Below are positions 39,800-64,000 of a stretch of 64,000 nucleotides of DNA, piece after piece. The position numbers and the translations under genes are program-made. How positions within the stretch are numbered: position 1 is the first letter of the stretch; every line of letters begins with the position of its first letter. The DNA is from the human T2T-CHM13v2.0 reference genome, Homo sapiens. Below the pieces are notes generated by a model. The model was not told where the DNA came from. It worked only from the letters and a program-made list of their open reading frames with translations, and did not search any database. The stretch is from assembly GCF_009914755.1 (NCBI RefSeq), contig NC_060935.1; one strand, given 5' to 3'.

Positions 39800-41529
39800 T
39801 TGAATTCTTGTTCCATAAATGGGGGAGTCTGTCTGTCTAGCTAGATCTCTTCATGTTAAGAGGCGTGCCAAGGTCCAGCTTAACATCTACTTGACCCAGA
39901 GGGAAGATGGAGCCACAGATGAAATACAGATCTTTGTTGAGATCCATTATGAGTACAAAGTATTTTAGCAGAAATTCAAGATGGAATCTGATGCTGCATC
40001 CCCCACTCCTGGAGCTCCAGATGTGTGTGCTCTGTTCAGACTCTCTTTCCTTATCAGAAGCCTTAACTGCCCTCAGAAGAATAAAAATATTCCCTTAGCC
40101 AGCTTTGGCAAAAGAAATTTTTAAAATTCTTATGTCCGTAGTATCAGTTTTCTATTGCCAGAATATTGTGTAACTCCACCACCAAAGTTCAGGGGCATAC
40201 AGCAATCAACAGCTGCCTGGCTCTTTGTCTTGGGGTTCAGCTGATCAAGGCTGTGTGTGGGTGGTTTCATCTGGGCTCACTCATGTGTCTGTCAGCTGCA
40301 GGTCAGCTAGGCAGCTGCGATGGCCTTGGGATCCACTGGCAGTTGGCTAGCCTTCATTGACCTCAGCTGGAGTGACTGTGGTTACTCAGCTCTAGTTTGC
40401 AGATTTACTTCCCACAGACTAGCCTGGATCTGCTCACACGCCAGTGGCAGAGCGGGAAAGTCCCAGTATGCAACCCCATTTCAAGCCTGTGCTTGTCTTG
40501 TGTCTCCTAGACTCCTGTTGATCAAGGCAAGTCACGCAACTAAGCCCAGAAACAAAGTGGCAAACGGTTACCAACCACAAGTTCTTAGACTCTCATTGCT
40601 ATAGAAATTGACATGAGGCTAAAAGAATTTGCCGACAAGGCTTCATTGGAGCTTATGCCTGGGCATAAGAGACACAACACAAGTCAAAGAGAGAGTTCCC
40701 TGACTGACTCCAAACAAAGCCTGCAGGGATTTTTCTCTTAGGCAAAGCACTGGAATTGACCTCGGGTAGGGTAGGCAGGCTGGGCTGGACAAAGCACGTG
40801 AGGGTAGGGTGTGCAGGTCAGCATCTGGTTGTAAGGGTTATCTTGAATAATGGACCACCAGGTAGTCTAGCCAATGGCAGCAAATCTGTATTCTTTCCTG
40901 AGGAGGGACAGTCCACACACAATGTTGGTTTGATATTTTGGACCTCCTAAGGCCAGTTCCTGGAATTCTTTAAGTAAAAGGCCTGGTTAAACATTGTGAG
41001 AGCACAGAAGATGAATACAAAATGGCGATTTTCTTTGTATGACTAAAGCGTTGATGATAGTGGATACATCAGCAAGGTAGAGGGGTGGGTTTTGTGGTCA
41101 GTGGGGATGCATGAAAGGATGCTGTAGTGGGGGTGAGCTGAAGCCACACCCTGTCTCTACTCTGTCTCAAAAGCACTACAAATTTTCAAGGGCAAAGGCA
41201 TGGATACAGAGAGAGTAAAGAATGGGGGCCATTAATTCACCCAGTCTCTCACACCAGAGAGCTGCTCTGTGAAACTTGTTCTTCAGAGATGCTTTGGCAG
41301 GGTCGCCAAGCTTTTTTTAAGAAGGGTCAGATAGTAAATATTCGAGGTCTTGAGGGTACAACCACTTAACCACGACACTGAAGCATGAAAGCTTCCATAG
41401 ACTATAGGATACATAGGAAACGGGAAAGTGTGGGTGGTTTCAGCTGGGCTCGCTCATGTGTCAGCTGCAGGTCAGCTAGGCAGCTGTGATGGCCTTGGGA
41501 TCCATTGGCAGTTGGCTAGCCTGCAGTGA

Positions 41530-41877
<348 letters not shown>

Positions 41878-42198
41878 TGATCTGCCCCCCTCGGCCTCCC
41901 AAAGTGCTGGGATTACAGGACTGAGCCACCATTCCCAGCCCCAAATGAATTTCTGTTACTTCACAGCCTTTTGTCAAAGCATTATGCCTTAGGCCGACCC
42001 CACACCCCCAGGGAAAGGAAAAAAGCCTCAGGCATCCTTAGATGACTGCCCTCAGAAATTGTTCTGTGCTGGCTTTGAACCCTTTCAAGATGTCCTATAA
42101 AACAAGGACATGCCAATTCTTACTTCAGGTCTGCCTGCAATCTAAGTCTAGCTCCTAAAGTAAGAGTTTGTTAGATTTCACACTGATGATGCTTGTAT

Positions 42199-43032
<834 letters not shown>

Positions 43033-43226
43033 TGAGTTGCTGGGATTGCAGGCGTGCACCACCGTGCCCAGCCGGAAAACATTCTTTCTCAAAAAAAAAA
43101 AAAAAAAAGCTGGGTGCGGTGGCTCACGCCTGTAATCCCAGCACTTTGGGAGGCGAAGGCGGGGGGATCGTGAAGTCAGGAGATCGAGACCATCCTGGCT
43201 AACATGGTGAAACCCCGTCTGTACTA

Positions 43227-47547
<4,321 letters not shown>

Positions 47548-48171
47548 TGTGAAAGGAAAATATCTTGGGCCCCCAAATCACTCAGCTAAAGGCAAAAGTC
47601 AAGCTGGGAACTGCTTGGGGCAAGCTTGCCTCCCATTCTAATCAAAGTCACTGCTCTGCTCACTGAGACAAATGCATATCTGATTGCCTCCTTTAGAGAT
47701 GCATTCATGAGAAACTCAAAAGAATGCATCCATTTGTCTCTAGTTTACCTGTGACCTGTAAGCCCCTCCCTGCTTCGAGTTGTCCAGCCATATTGTTTCA
47801 CTGAGCCAGACTAAGGCATACGTGACTATTCCTCTACCCTTCTCTTGCATGTAAATTGTGCCTTCAGTGAAAGGCTAATCAGAAACTCAAAAGAATGTAA
47901 TTGGTTATCTCTTATCTACCTATGACCTGGAAGTCCACTCCCCTGCTTAGAGTAGTCCCACCTTTCTGGACCAAACCAATGTACATCTTACACATACTGA
48001 TTGATGTCTCATGTCTCCCTAAAATGTATAAAACCAAACTGTGCTCTGACCACCTTGAGCACATATTGTCAGGACCTCCTGAGGCTGTGTTGTTACAGGC
48101 ACGTGTTCTCAACCTGGCAAAATACACTTTCTAAATTAACTGAGACCTGTCTCAAATTTTCTGGGTTCACA
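47548..48171 (+). mobile_element. MER4A-like 3' LTR
   Basis: TGTGAAAGGAAAATATCTTGGGCCCCC...AAGTCAAGCTGGGAACTGC...TGAGACCTGTCTCA...GGGTTCACA; TG...CA termini. Confidence 0.8.
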
Positions 48172-48291
48172 CTCACTTGGCGATCCAAGATTTATTTTCC
48201 TTTCACACTGGTCAGATGTGCCTGAATTCCAAAGGGAGGACAGTATAATGAAGCATGTCCAAACACCCCTTCCAATCATGACCTGAACTAG

Positions 48292-48552
<261 letters not shown>

Positions 48553-48689
48553 TAGCCAGGATGGTCTCGATCTCCTGACCTCGTGATCCGCCTGCCTCGG
48601 CCTCCCAAAGTGCTGGGATTACAGGCGTGAGCCACCGCGCCCGGCCCATTCAGTCTTTTGGGGGACTTAGAATATTACTTTTGGTCTAC

Positions 48690-49075
48690 ACCAGGGAGGA
48701 CATGGAAGCTTCCTGGCTGTTTTCTATACATTGCCCTGTGCATGTCTTCCATCTGGCTATTCTAGAGTTCTTTCCTTTTATAATAAACCAGCAATCTAGT
48801 AAGTAAACTGTTTTCATGAGTTCTATGAGCCATCCTAACAAATTACTGAACCCAAGGAGAGGGTTGTGGGAATCTCTGATTCATAGCCAGTGGGTCAGAA
48901 GTACCAGAGAGCCAGACTTGCGATTAGCATTTGAAGTGGGGACATTCTTGTGGGACTGAGCCTTACTTAACCTGTGGGCTCTGATGCTAACTCCATGTAG
49001 TGTCAGAATTGAATCGAATTGTAGGACACCCAGCTGATGTTGAATAATTTGTCAGTGCGGGAAAACACCCACACA
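48690..49075 (+). mobile_element. MER21-like LTR fragment
   Basis: CTTTTATAATAAACC...GAGTTCTATGAGCCATCCTAACAAATTACTGAACCCAAGGAG...GTGTCAGAATTGAAT pattern. Confidence 0.6.
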
Positions 49076-49437
49076 TACCATCATACCTGGCTAATTTTAA
49101 TTTTTTTTGGGTAGAGATAGGGCCTTCCTGCTGTTGCCCAGGCTGGTATCAAACTTCTGACCTAAAGCAATCCTCCTGCCTGGGCTTCCCAAAGTGCTGG
49201 GATTACAAGCGTGAGCCACTGCACCTAGTGGAAAGAAGCACTTTGAAAGCGCTTAGAGACTTCCATTCTTCTAACTGACCAACACTCCAGTCAGGAACTA
49301 GAAAAGTCAGATAAAATACACACACAAAAAAAGTCATATATATATACGATTTTCAGTTTGAGGCTTTCTTTTTTTTTTTTTTTTTTTTGAGATGGAGTTT
49401 CACTCTTGCTGCCCAGGTTGGAGTGCAGTGTCGTGAG

Positions 49438-49490
<53 letters not shown>
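49438..49490. repeat. Compound (TA)n(TG)n(TA)n microsatellite inside an Alu
   Basis: Directly visible. Confidence 0.95.
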
Positions 49491-50550
49491 GTGTTTTTAG
49501 TAGAGATGGGGTTTCGCCATTTTGGCAAGGCTGGTCTCAAACTCCTGATCTCAGGTGATCTGCCTGCCTCGGCTTCCCCAGGTGTTGGGATTACAGGCGT
49601 GAGCCACCACGCCCAGCCTAAATAATAATCTTGAAAAATCATATTTTTAATACCCTCAGAGAGCTGGTGAAGCAAGAAGGGCCAGCAGACCTAAAATTCT
49701 AGAGTACGGAGAACCATAGAGAAGCCAGCTAACAATTGCAACAGAATTCTCCCTGGGGTATTTACTAATTCTACAATTGAGCAAGAGGCTAAGAATCCAA
49801 GCATTGCCCAGACAAGGTTGCAGAAAAGCCAGCTGAGCTGAGTCATCTCATAACACTGGAGGAAGAAAATTGGGGAGTCAAAGAGCCTTTAAAACATAAC
49901 AGATTTTTTCCTTAAGATATTTACCAAATTCTGAAGCTGTGTAGAACTAGAGGCTATAAAAATCTAAGCCTCTGGTGAGGCATGGTGGCTCATGCCTGCA
50001 ATCCCAGCACTTTGGTGAGGCTGAGGTGGGCGGATCATCTGAGGCTAGGAGTTAGAGACCAGCCTGGCCAACACAGTGAGCCCCTGTCTCTACTAAAAAT
50101 GCAAAAATTAGCCAGGCCTGGTGGTGCGTGTCTGTAATCCCAGCTACTCAGGAGGCCGAGGCAGGAGAATCACTTCAACCCAGGAGGAGGAGGTTGCAGT
50201 GACCATGCCAACGCACTCCAGCCTGGGTGATAGAGTAAGACTCCGTCTCAAAATAAATAATAATAAAAAAATAAGCCCCAAACTTCTGAGAAGCAGAGTA
50301 GAATTTCTGACTGATAGCGATGAAGATTCGAATTTAGGACCCACCTGGGCAAAGGGATTGGCAAACACACAGGGCTTTCATATGAATGCTCAGGAGGGCT
50401 CCTTACTGGGAACAGGATGAAACAGGTGGACTGAAATTTGTCAAAATTGTAATGCAGGCTGGGCACGGTGGTTCATGCCTGTAATCCCAGCACTTTGGGA
50501 GGCCAAGGCGGGCGGATCACGTGGTCAGGAGATCGAGACCATCCTGGCTA

Positions 50551-50791
<241 letters not shown>

Positions 50792-50941
50792 TTAAAGTGA
50801 TCAGCACTCATTCTATGTGCCTAGCAAGGAAAAGTTGGAAGAAAAAACATCTGTAAGTTTTTATACACAATTTCTGGGTCTAATAAAAATTACTAGTTTG
50901 CTAAAAGGTAGGGCCATATCAATAAAACAAGAGAAAAACTA

Positions 50942-51606
<665 letters not shown>

Positions 51607-51725
51607 TAGTGGAGACGGGGTTTCACTGTGTTAGGATGGTCTCGATCTCCTGAGGTCGTGATCCGCCCGCCTCAGCCTCCCAAAGTGCTGGGATTACAGG
51701 CTTGAGCCACTGCACCCGGCCTCTA

Positions 51726-51866
<141 letters not shown>

Positions 51867-52119
51867 TTAGGCGGCAGAGCAAAACCTTGTCTCGACAGAA
51901 AAAAAAAAAATTAAACCAAGCTAATTAAGAAAGGAGGTGGTTATAAAATTGTTCGTCAGGAATTATCATTGATTTGCAGAAGGAACATTGGTTCGTGATT
52001 GGCTATACCTTGTTGAACTATAGGGTTTATGGTATTTTATGGCAGCTTGGTGTCAGTTAGTCTAGAGTCCACATAGCAAGTGGCTTCAAGAGGTAATTAT
52101 TTTTCTCAAGAGGGAATGA

Positions 52120-52374
<255 letters not shown>

Positions 52375-52476
52375 TAGCCAGGATGGTCTCGATCCCCTGA
52401 CCTCGTGATCCGCCCGTCTCGGCCTCCCAAAGTGCTGGGATTACAGGCGTGAGCCACCACGCCCAGCCGAGCCTGA

Positions 52477-52759
<283 letters not shown>

Positions 52760-53368
52760 TGATCCGCCCGCCTCAGCCTCCCAAAGTGCCAGGATTACAG
52801 GCATGAGCCACTGCGCCCGGCCTCTTTCTCAATATTGAAACAGGGTCCTGCGTGTGTGCAACTGAAACCACTAGAGAGGAAGATGGGAATCTTAGAAGGG
52901 AAAGAGCCAGAGAGGGAAATCCCCACATTCTGTCTGCCCACACCTCCGCCCAAGCTCTGAACCCCACATAGGGAACTCAGACTCCACGCAGCTCAGTTAA
53001 AGACAGAAGATCTAAAGTGGCCAGGTGTGGTGTCTTGCGCCTATAATCCCAGCTACTCAGGAGGCTGAAGCCAGGAGTTCAAGACCAGTGTAGGCAACAT
53101 AGTGAGGAACCACCCCCCAATCTCTAAAAATAAAATAAAATAAAATAAAAAAGATCTAAACTGAAAATTGGAGCTGCCAACTCAATAAGGGTGACTGTAG
53201 TATATATGTAACTGAGCTAACCGCCTGATAAAATTAAAAAACATCACTCTTTGGGGAAAAGTAACTGAAACCAGAGTCTCCAACATTTACAAGTGCCACC
53301 AAAGAGATGGTCCAGATATCGGAATTAACAAACAAGGATATGAAAGCATCAATGAAAATATTATCTCA

Positions 53369-53629
<261 letters not shown>

Positions 53630-53950
53630 CTATAGCGAGACTCCGTCTCAAAAAAAAAAAAAAAAAAGAAAGAAAGAAAGAAAAGAAAATATTATCTCAG
53701 TAAATTAAAAGACAGGCAACCTCGGGCTGGGTGCAGTGGTTCATGCCTGTAATCCCAGCACTTTGGGAGGCCGAGGTGGGTGAATCACCTGAGGTCAGGA
53801 GTTCAGGATTACCTTGGCCAATATAGTGAAACCCCATCTCTACTAAAAATAAAACAAAATTTAAAAATTTAAAAAAAATGAAGCTGAAATAAAAACATTT
53901 TCAAATAAAAGAAAACTAAGAGAATTAGTGCTGCACTATAAGAAACATTA

Positions 53951-54598
<648 letters not shown>

Positions 54599-56858
54599 CT
54601 ATTTTTTCTTTCTAGTAAGATGAAGGTCTCACTATGTTGACCAGGCTGGTCTCAAACTCCTGGCCTCAAGCAACTCAAGCAATCATCCCACTTCAGCCTC
54701 CCAAAGTGCTGGGATTACAGGCATGTGCCACCACTCCTGTTTAATTTTTGTATTTCTAGTAGAGACGGGGTTTCACCATGTCGGCCAGAATGATGTCGAA
54801 CTCCTGACCTCAACTGATCCGCCTGCCTCGGCCTCCCAAAATGCTGGGATTACAGGAGTGAGTCACTATGCCCAGCCGGTCCCAGCACTTAGGGAGGCTG
54901 AAGCAGGAGGATCACTTGAGACCAGGAGTTTGAGACCAGGCTGGACAATATAGCAAGACCTTGTCTCTATTAAAAAGAAAAAATTAGCTAGGCATGGTGA
55001 CATGTGCCTGTAGTCCTAGCTACTTGGGAGGCTGAGGCAGAAGGATTGCTTGAGTCCAGGAGGTCAAGGCTGCAGTGAGCTATGACTGCAGCACTGCACT
55101 CCAGCCCTGGGCAACAGAGCAAGACCCTGTCTCAAAAAAATTAAAAAAAAAAATAGAAAAAGTAAAAAAGTATTAAACTATAATAAGAGAGGAATTATAA
55201 GGAAGTAAAGAGGGAAGTACCCAAGGAAGGGCAAACTCAGTAGGGTCCCCACCCCCAAGGCAGGGGTTCAGACTTCACTGCATGCCACTCACTGGGCAGT
55301 GTGAAGTTCACTGATTAGCCCAGGCCAGAGCTGTTTCACAGTTGCCAGGCAAGAAACAACCCTCCAGGCCAAAAGCAAGCTAAGGCTGGTAGGCAGGTGC
55401 TTAGAGCACATGGGGACACCACCTGCCCAGAGCACATAGCAACACCACCTGCCCAGAGCACATAGCACCCGAATTGGGAGGCCCCTAGGAAACAACCTTC
55501 CAGGTCGCAGGTGAGCCCCAGCTGTCAGACAGATGCATCAAAAGAGCTGGAATGCCCCATGTGCTTGGAGTGCATGGTGTCCACACAGGATATGGAGGAT
55601 GGGAATCAACCCTCTGGGATGCAGAAGAACTCAGATTGGTGAGCAGACGCACAGAGGAAGTTGGGGCACAGCCTTGACCGCACGTTGTCCATGCCTGGAG
55701 GGCTTTGGGGAAAACCATCCATGGCATAGGTAAGCCAAGACTAGGGGGCAGGTGCACAGAGTTAGGGAGCTGCCCCAGGTGGAAGGCCTGGAGTAAGCGG
55801 CAACCATGACAAGGAGTCCACAGCAAGTTGGTCACGGGGCCTAGACCAGATCGGCAAAGTTGCCAAGGGAGTGCCGGCTTTGGGTGTGCAGCTGGAGTGG
55901 AACACCAGCAGATCTCCCAAGGCGTGCCCTGCTGATGGACGATGGAGCAAGGCCCCTAGCTGGAGTGCACTGGAACCAGAAGACAAGCCCTTTCCTTCCT
56001 GCAATGTCCTTCTAGCGTCCTCTGCTGACAAAGCCTAACATTGTACTCATTGTAGGGAGAAATGCTTCGAGTCCAGTTATCGCTTAACAGACACCGAAGG
56101 GTAGGTAAATAATGAAGCTGAGAGGCAAAAAATAGGTAACTGGCAGAAACCATTCTTCCAGCTACTCCACTACCATATGCACTCTTTACACAAATTTTGA
56201 ACTCCCTTAGTAGCTACATTCCTACTAACAAGATATCTCCTCTCTAAAAGTGAAGTTCTCAGCCTTCCCCCAAATGATAAGACACACAGTCCAAACAGTC
56301 ACTGTATCCATAGCTGGCTAGATTACTCCACAGATTTGTCGTGATCCCTATTACCTAAAAACTATTACCTAAAAACTATTACCTGTGTCTATTACCTAAA
56401 AACTAGATTGTAAAGTTGACCTCCAACAATTTGCACATAAAATAACAAAGGGAGGCAAAAAAAAGACATGGTCAGTACATACAAATAAACACATGCATGT
56501 AAGAAGCAAAGAAGAATATGCATCGCTGCTACAGTCCTCGTTTTTGTAACTGATCATTTTTGTAACTAATCACGGTCATAGTTGACATCCATGGTTTCCT
56601 TAGAAAAATCCGAAGGCTGCACACTGGAACCCGGGAGAGCCTCTTTGTTTCTGCAATAGCCCTCTAGTGCCCTCTGCTGACAAAGCTTAACACTGTACTC
56701 ACTGTACGGGATAAATGCTTAGCGTCGATCCGGTTATCATGGAACAGAACAGGTACTGAGAGTGAATCTGGAGCTGAGGCAGTGTTGATAACTGCCATAC
56801 TAGGAAACCACTAAATATTCAGAAATTAAATAAGGCTGGGCACGGTGGCTCACGCCTA

Positions 56859-57275
<417 letters not shown>

Positions 57276-57502
57276 TCACTTGAGGTTAGGAGTTCAAGAT
57301 CAGCCTGGGGGCAACATGGTGAAACCTCATCTCCACTAAAAATACAAAAATTATCTGGGTGTGGTGGCACACACCTGCAATCTCAGCTACTTGGGAGGCT
57401 AAGACAGGAGAATTCCTTTGAACCCAGGAGGTGGAGGCTGCAGTGAGCTGAGATCGCACCACTGCACTCCAGCCTGGGCAACAGAGTCAGACTCTGTCTC
57501 AA

Positions 57503-57533
<31 letters not shown>

Positions 57534-57718
57534 CAAAAAACCTAAAGAAAGTAAGAAGAAGGAAATTATAAAGAGCAGAAATTTGTAAAATAGAAAACAA
57601 ATTTTATACGATGAAGAAAAAGAAAGTCGAAAGCTGTTTTTAAAAAAATTAATAAGGCTGGGCACGGTGGCTCACACCTGCAATCCTAGCACTTTGGGAG
57701 GCCGAGGCGAGTGGATCA

Positions 57719-58006
<288 letters not shown>

Positions 58007-58251
58007 CTAGCACTTTGGGAGGTCGAGGCAGGTGGACTGCCTGAGCTCACCAGTTCGAGACCAGCCTGGGCAACATGACAAAACCCTGTCTCTACTAAAA
58101 ATACAAAAAAAAAAAGCCGGGAGCAGTGGCTCACACCTGTAATCCCAGCACTTTGGGAGGCTGAGGCTGGCAGATCATGAGGTCAGGAGATCGAGACCAT
58201 CCTGGCTAACACGGTGAAACCCCGTCTCTACTAAAAATGCAAAAAAAATTA

Positions 58252-60810
<2,559 letters not shown>

Positions 60811-61409
60811 ACTGGCTGTTGGGACAGTCTTGCATGGGTCCTAAGCATCCCTGCATGTTCTTACTATGTCAAACCAGAAAGTCTGTCTCCTGATACTGAG
60901 CACAGAAGCAATTAAGTAGACCAAAGTGACTATAGTGTGATGATAGTATAATTTCTCCCTCCCCAGTGGAAAGGGCCTGGCTTTATTTGCTGCTTGCTAA
61001 AAAGGGTACTGAGCCTTTGGCTCTGGGCTCCACCAAGCTGTGGCATAACTCCTTGAGTGCAGCACCATCTGGGGTCATTGTGTCACTCATAGGACTTGGG
61101 AGCAGGGGGCCCCCAGGTTGCCATGCTGATGTTCCTGCTGTTTGCCATAAGTAATTTGGCCTCACTGTCAGCTTTTGGCATCTATGAAGTTGTGGCATAC
61201 TCTGACATAGATTAGCCAACTTTTTCTTAAAGGGTCAGATGGTATTTAAGGCTGTGGGCCATGTGGTCTCTGTTGCAACTACTTAACATTGCCATAATAG
61301 CATGAAAGCTGCAATATATAATAACATGTAAGTAAGTGACCATGATGACGTTCTCCAAAGAACTTTTATTTACAAAAACAAGCAGCTGGCCCACTTTCTT
61401 TGTTTTTCT

Positions 61410-62886
<1,477 letters not shown>

Positions 62887-62939
62887 GCAACACGCTTTTA
62901 CCGCTGCAAATCCGGATCAGGCAGGCTTTGAAGCCCAGC

Positions 62940-63720
62940 TCACAGGCCGTCTCTTGGAAACTAACTTAGATTTCCACCTGGGAGCACTTTGTCCTCTCAG
63001 CTCCCACTGCACCACTTTATGGATCGCGTGGTGACTCGTTTCATTTTATTTATGTGTGTTCCTGGAAAGGACGCTCTATTTCCCTCGTGTCTCTACCTGG
63101 TAGGTAAATCGGCCGCAGAAAAGACCAATGCTAACTCCACCCTGCATTTGCAGAGATCCGTCGCTCACACCTTTTCTTGTCTTCCGTTGAAAAAAGAGAA
63201 TCGTGGGAGTAGGACCTATTTGCCAATCTCCTGGTAACACTATCACAACTGGCCACTTCCGCCCAACGCCCGGTAGTCTGAGAGCCTCCAAGGTCCTCCC
63301 CCGCACCCCTGAGGTCCTGCAGACGACGGCGTCGTGGGTGGTCACCGTTATCCCTTAGGTCTGGAGAGGGGACATCCGAGCGAGGGCCACTTGCGGCCAG
63401 GCCCGAGCTCGTCCAGCTCCGGGTGACCACAGAGTGCCGCGGGCGGGCAGAGGGGCCGGAAACCCAGGCCGCTTCGTCCCTGTTTCCGGCAGCGCCGCGC
63501 TGCTCCGGGAGCCGCTGTGGCAGCGTATGCTGCCACGGGGACTGAAGATGGCGCCGCGAGGTGAGATTCCGGAGGTGTGTGAGTCGCTGGTCCCTTTCCC
63601 TTCGGTCGCTCCCTCCCACCTCTGTCCCAGAGCTTGACCTAAACCCTCCATTCTCTAGCGTTAGGGACGTCGCGCCTCCCTGGTCCAAAGCCGGCTTCCG
63701 CGGTCCCGCCCACCCTGGGT
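62940..63720 (+). promoter_or_regulatory. TMEM216 promoter / CpG island
   Basis: CpG-rich; X-box-like 62949-62961 and 63226-63238; ETS-type sites at 63254, 63456 and 63482; YY1-type AAGATGGCG at the second ATG. Confidence 0.88.
63527..63560 (+). CDS. TMEM216: Transmembrane protein 216 (JBTS2/MKS2 gene), coding exon 1 (partial gene)
   Basis: ATG CTG CCA CGG GGA CTG AAG ATG GCG CCG CGA G|GTGAGA = MLPRGLKMAPR(G), 34 nt, in a CpG island downstream of TMEM138. Confidence 0.92.
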
Positions 63721-64000
63721 GCCTGAAGGTCTCAAGGTGCACAGCTCAAATAAACGCAGATCCTTGGCTGGGCCACTTCTAGGCTGGCTCAGGTGCGAAT
63801 CTGTTGGTCTCTGCGCCCCAACTTCCCCTCCCAAATAGTGACAGAGTGAGATCTTTGAGATGTCTGTCAGCTGCGAGTTACCTCTTGACTTTTATTCCTG
63901 AAGCCGAAGAGTCGAGTTTCACGGTGATTCCTAGGAAAGGAGGGAAGCCCCCTCCACTCCCACCCCCGTACCCTCGCCCCCTCATTATCAGCAACCAGAA

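Overview
Human (primate) genomic DNA that I recognise from the encoded proteins as the chr11q12.2 DDB1-TKFC-CYB561A3-TMEM138-TMEM216 cluster. It contains: the first four coding exons of DDB1 (minus; gene continues off the left edge); the complete TKFC/DAK gene (plus, 17 coding exons, 575 aa, Thr185 allele), head-to-head with DDB1 at a CpG island; the complete CYB561A3 gene (minus, 242 aa), tail-to-tail with TKFC around an MLT1A-type LTR; the complete TMEM138 gene (plus, 162 aa), head-to-head with CYB561A3 at a second CpG island; a ~23 kb intergenic region dense in Alu, MER4/MER21-type LTR and L1 remnants; and exon 1 of TMEM216 at a third CpG island. I reconstructed the spliced frames by hand from GT-AG boundaries, and the three complete genes close exactly. 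I found no wholly new gene or system. The most interesting leads are splice-dependent recoding options: a TKFC exon-1 donor switch between a uORF and a Cys-rich N-terminal extension, and a CYB561A3 exon skip that would translate a 63-bp 3'UTR tandem repeat into hydrophobic 21-aa repeats. Others are a 95-aa overlapping ORF in TMEM138 and RFX X-box/ETS architecture at the two ciliopathy-gene promoters. Repeat subfamily names are from recognition, not a search.
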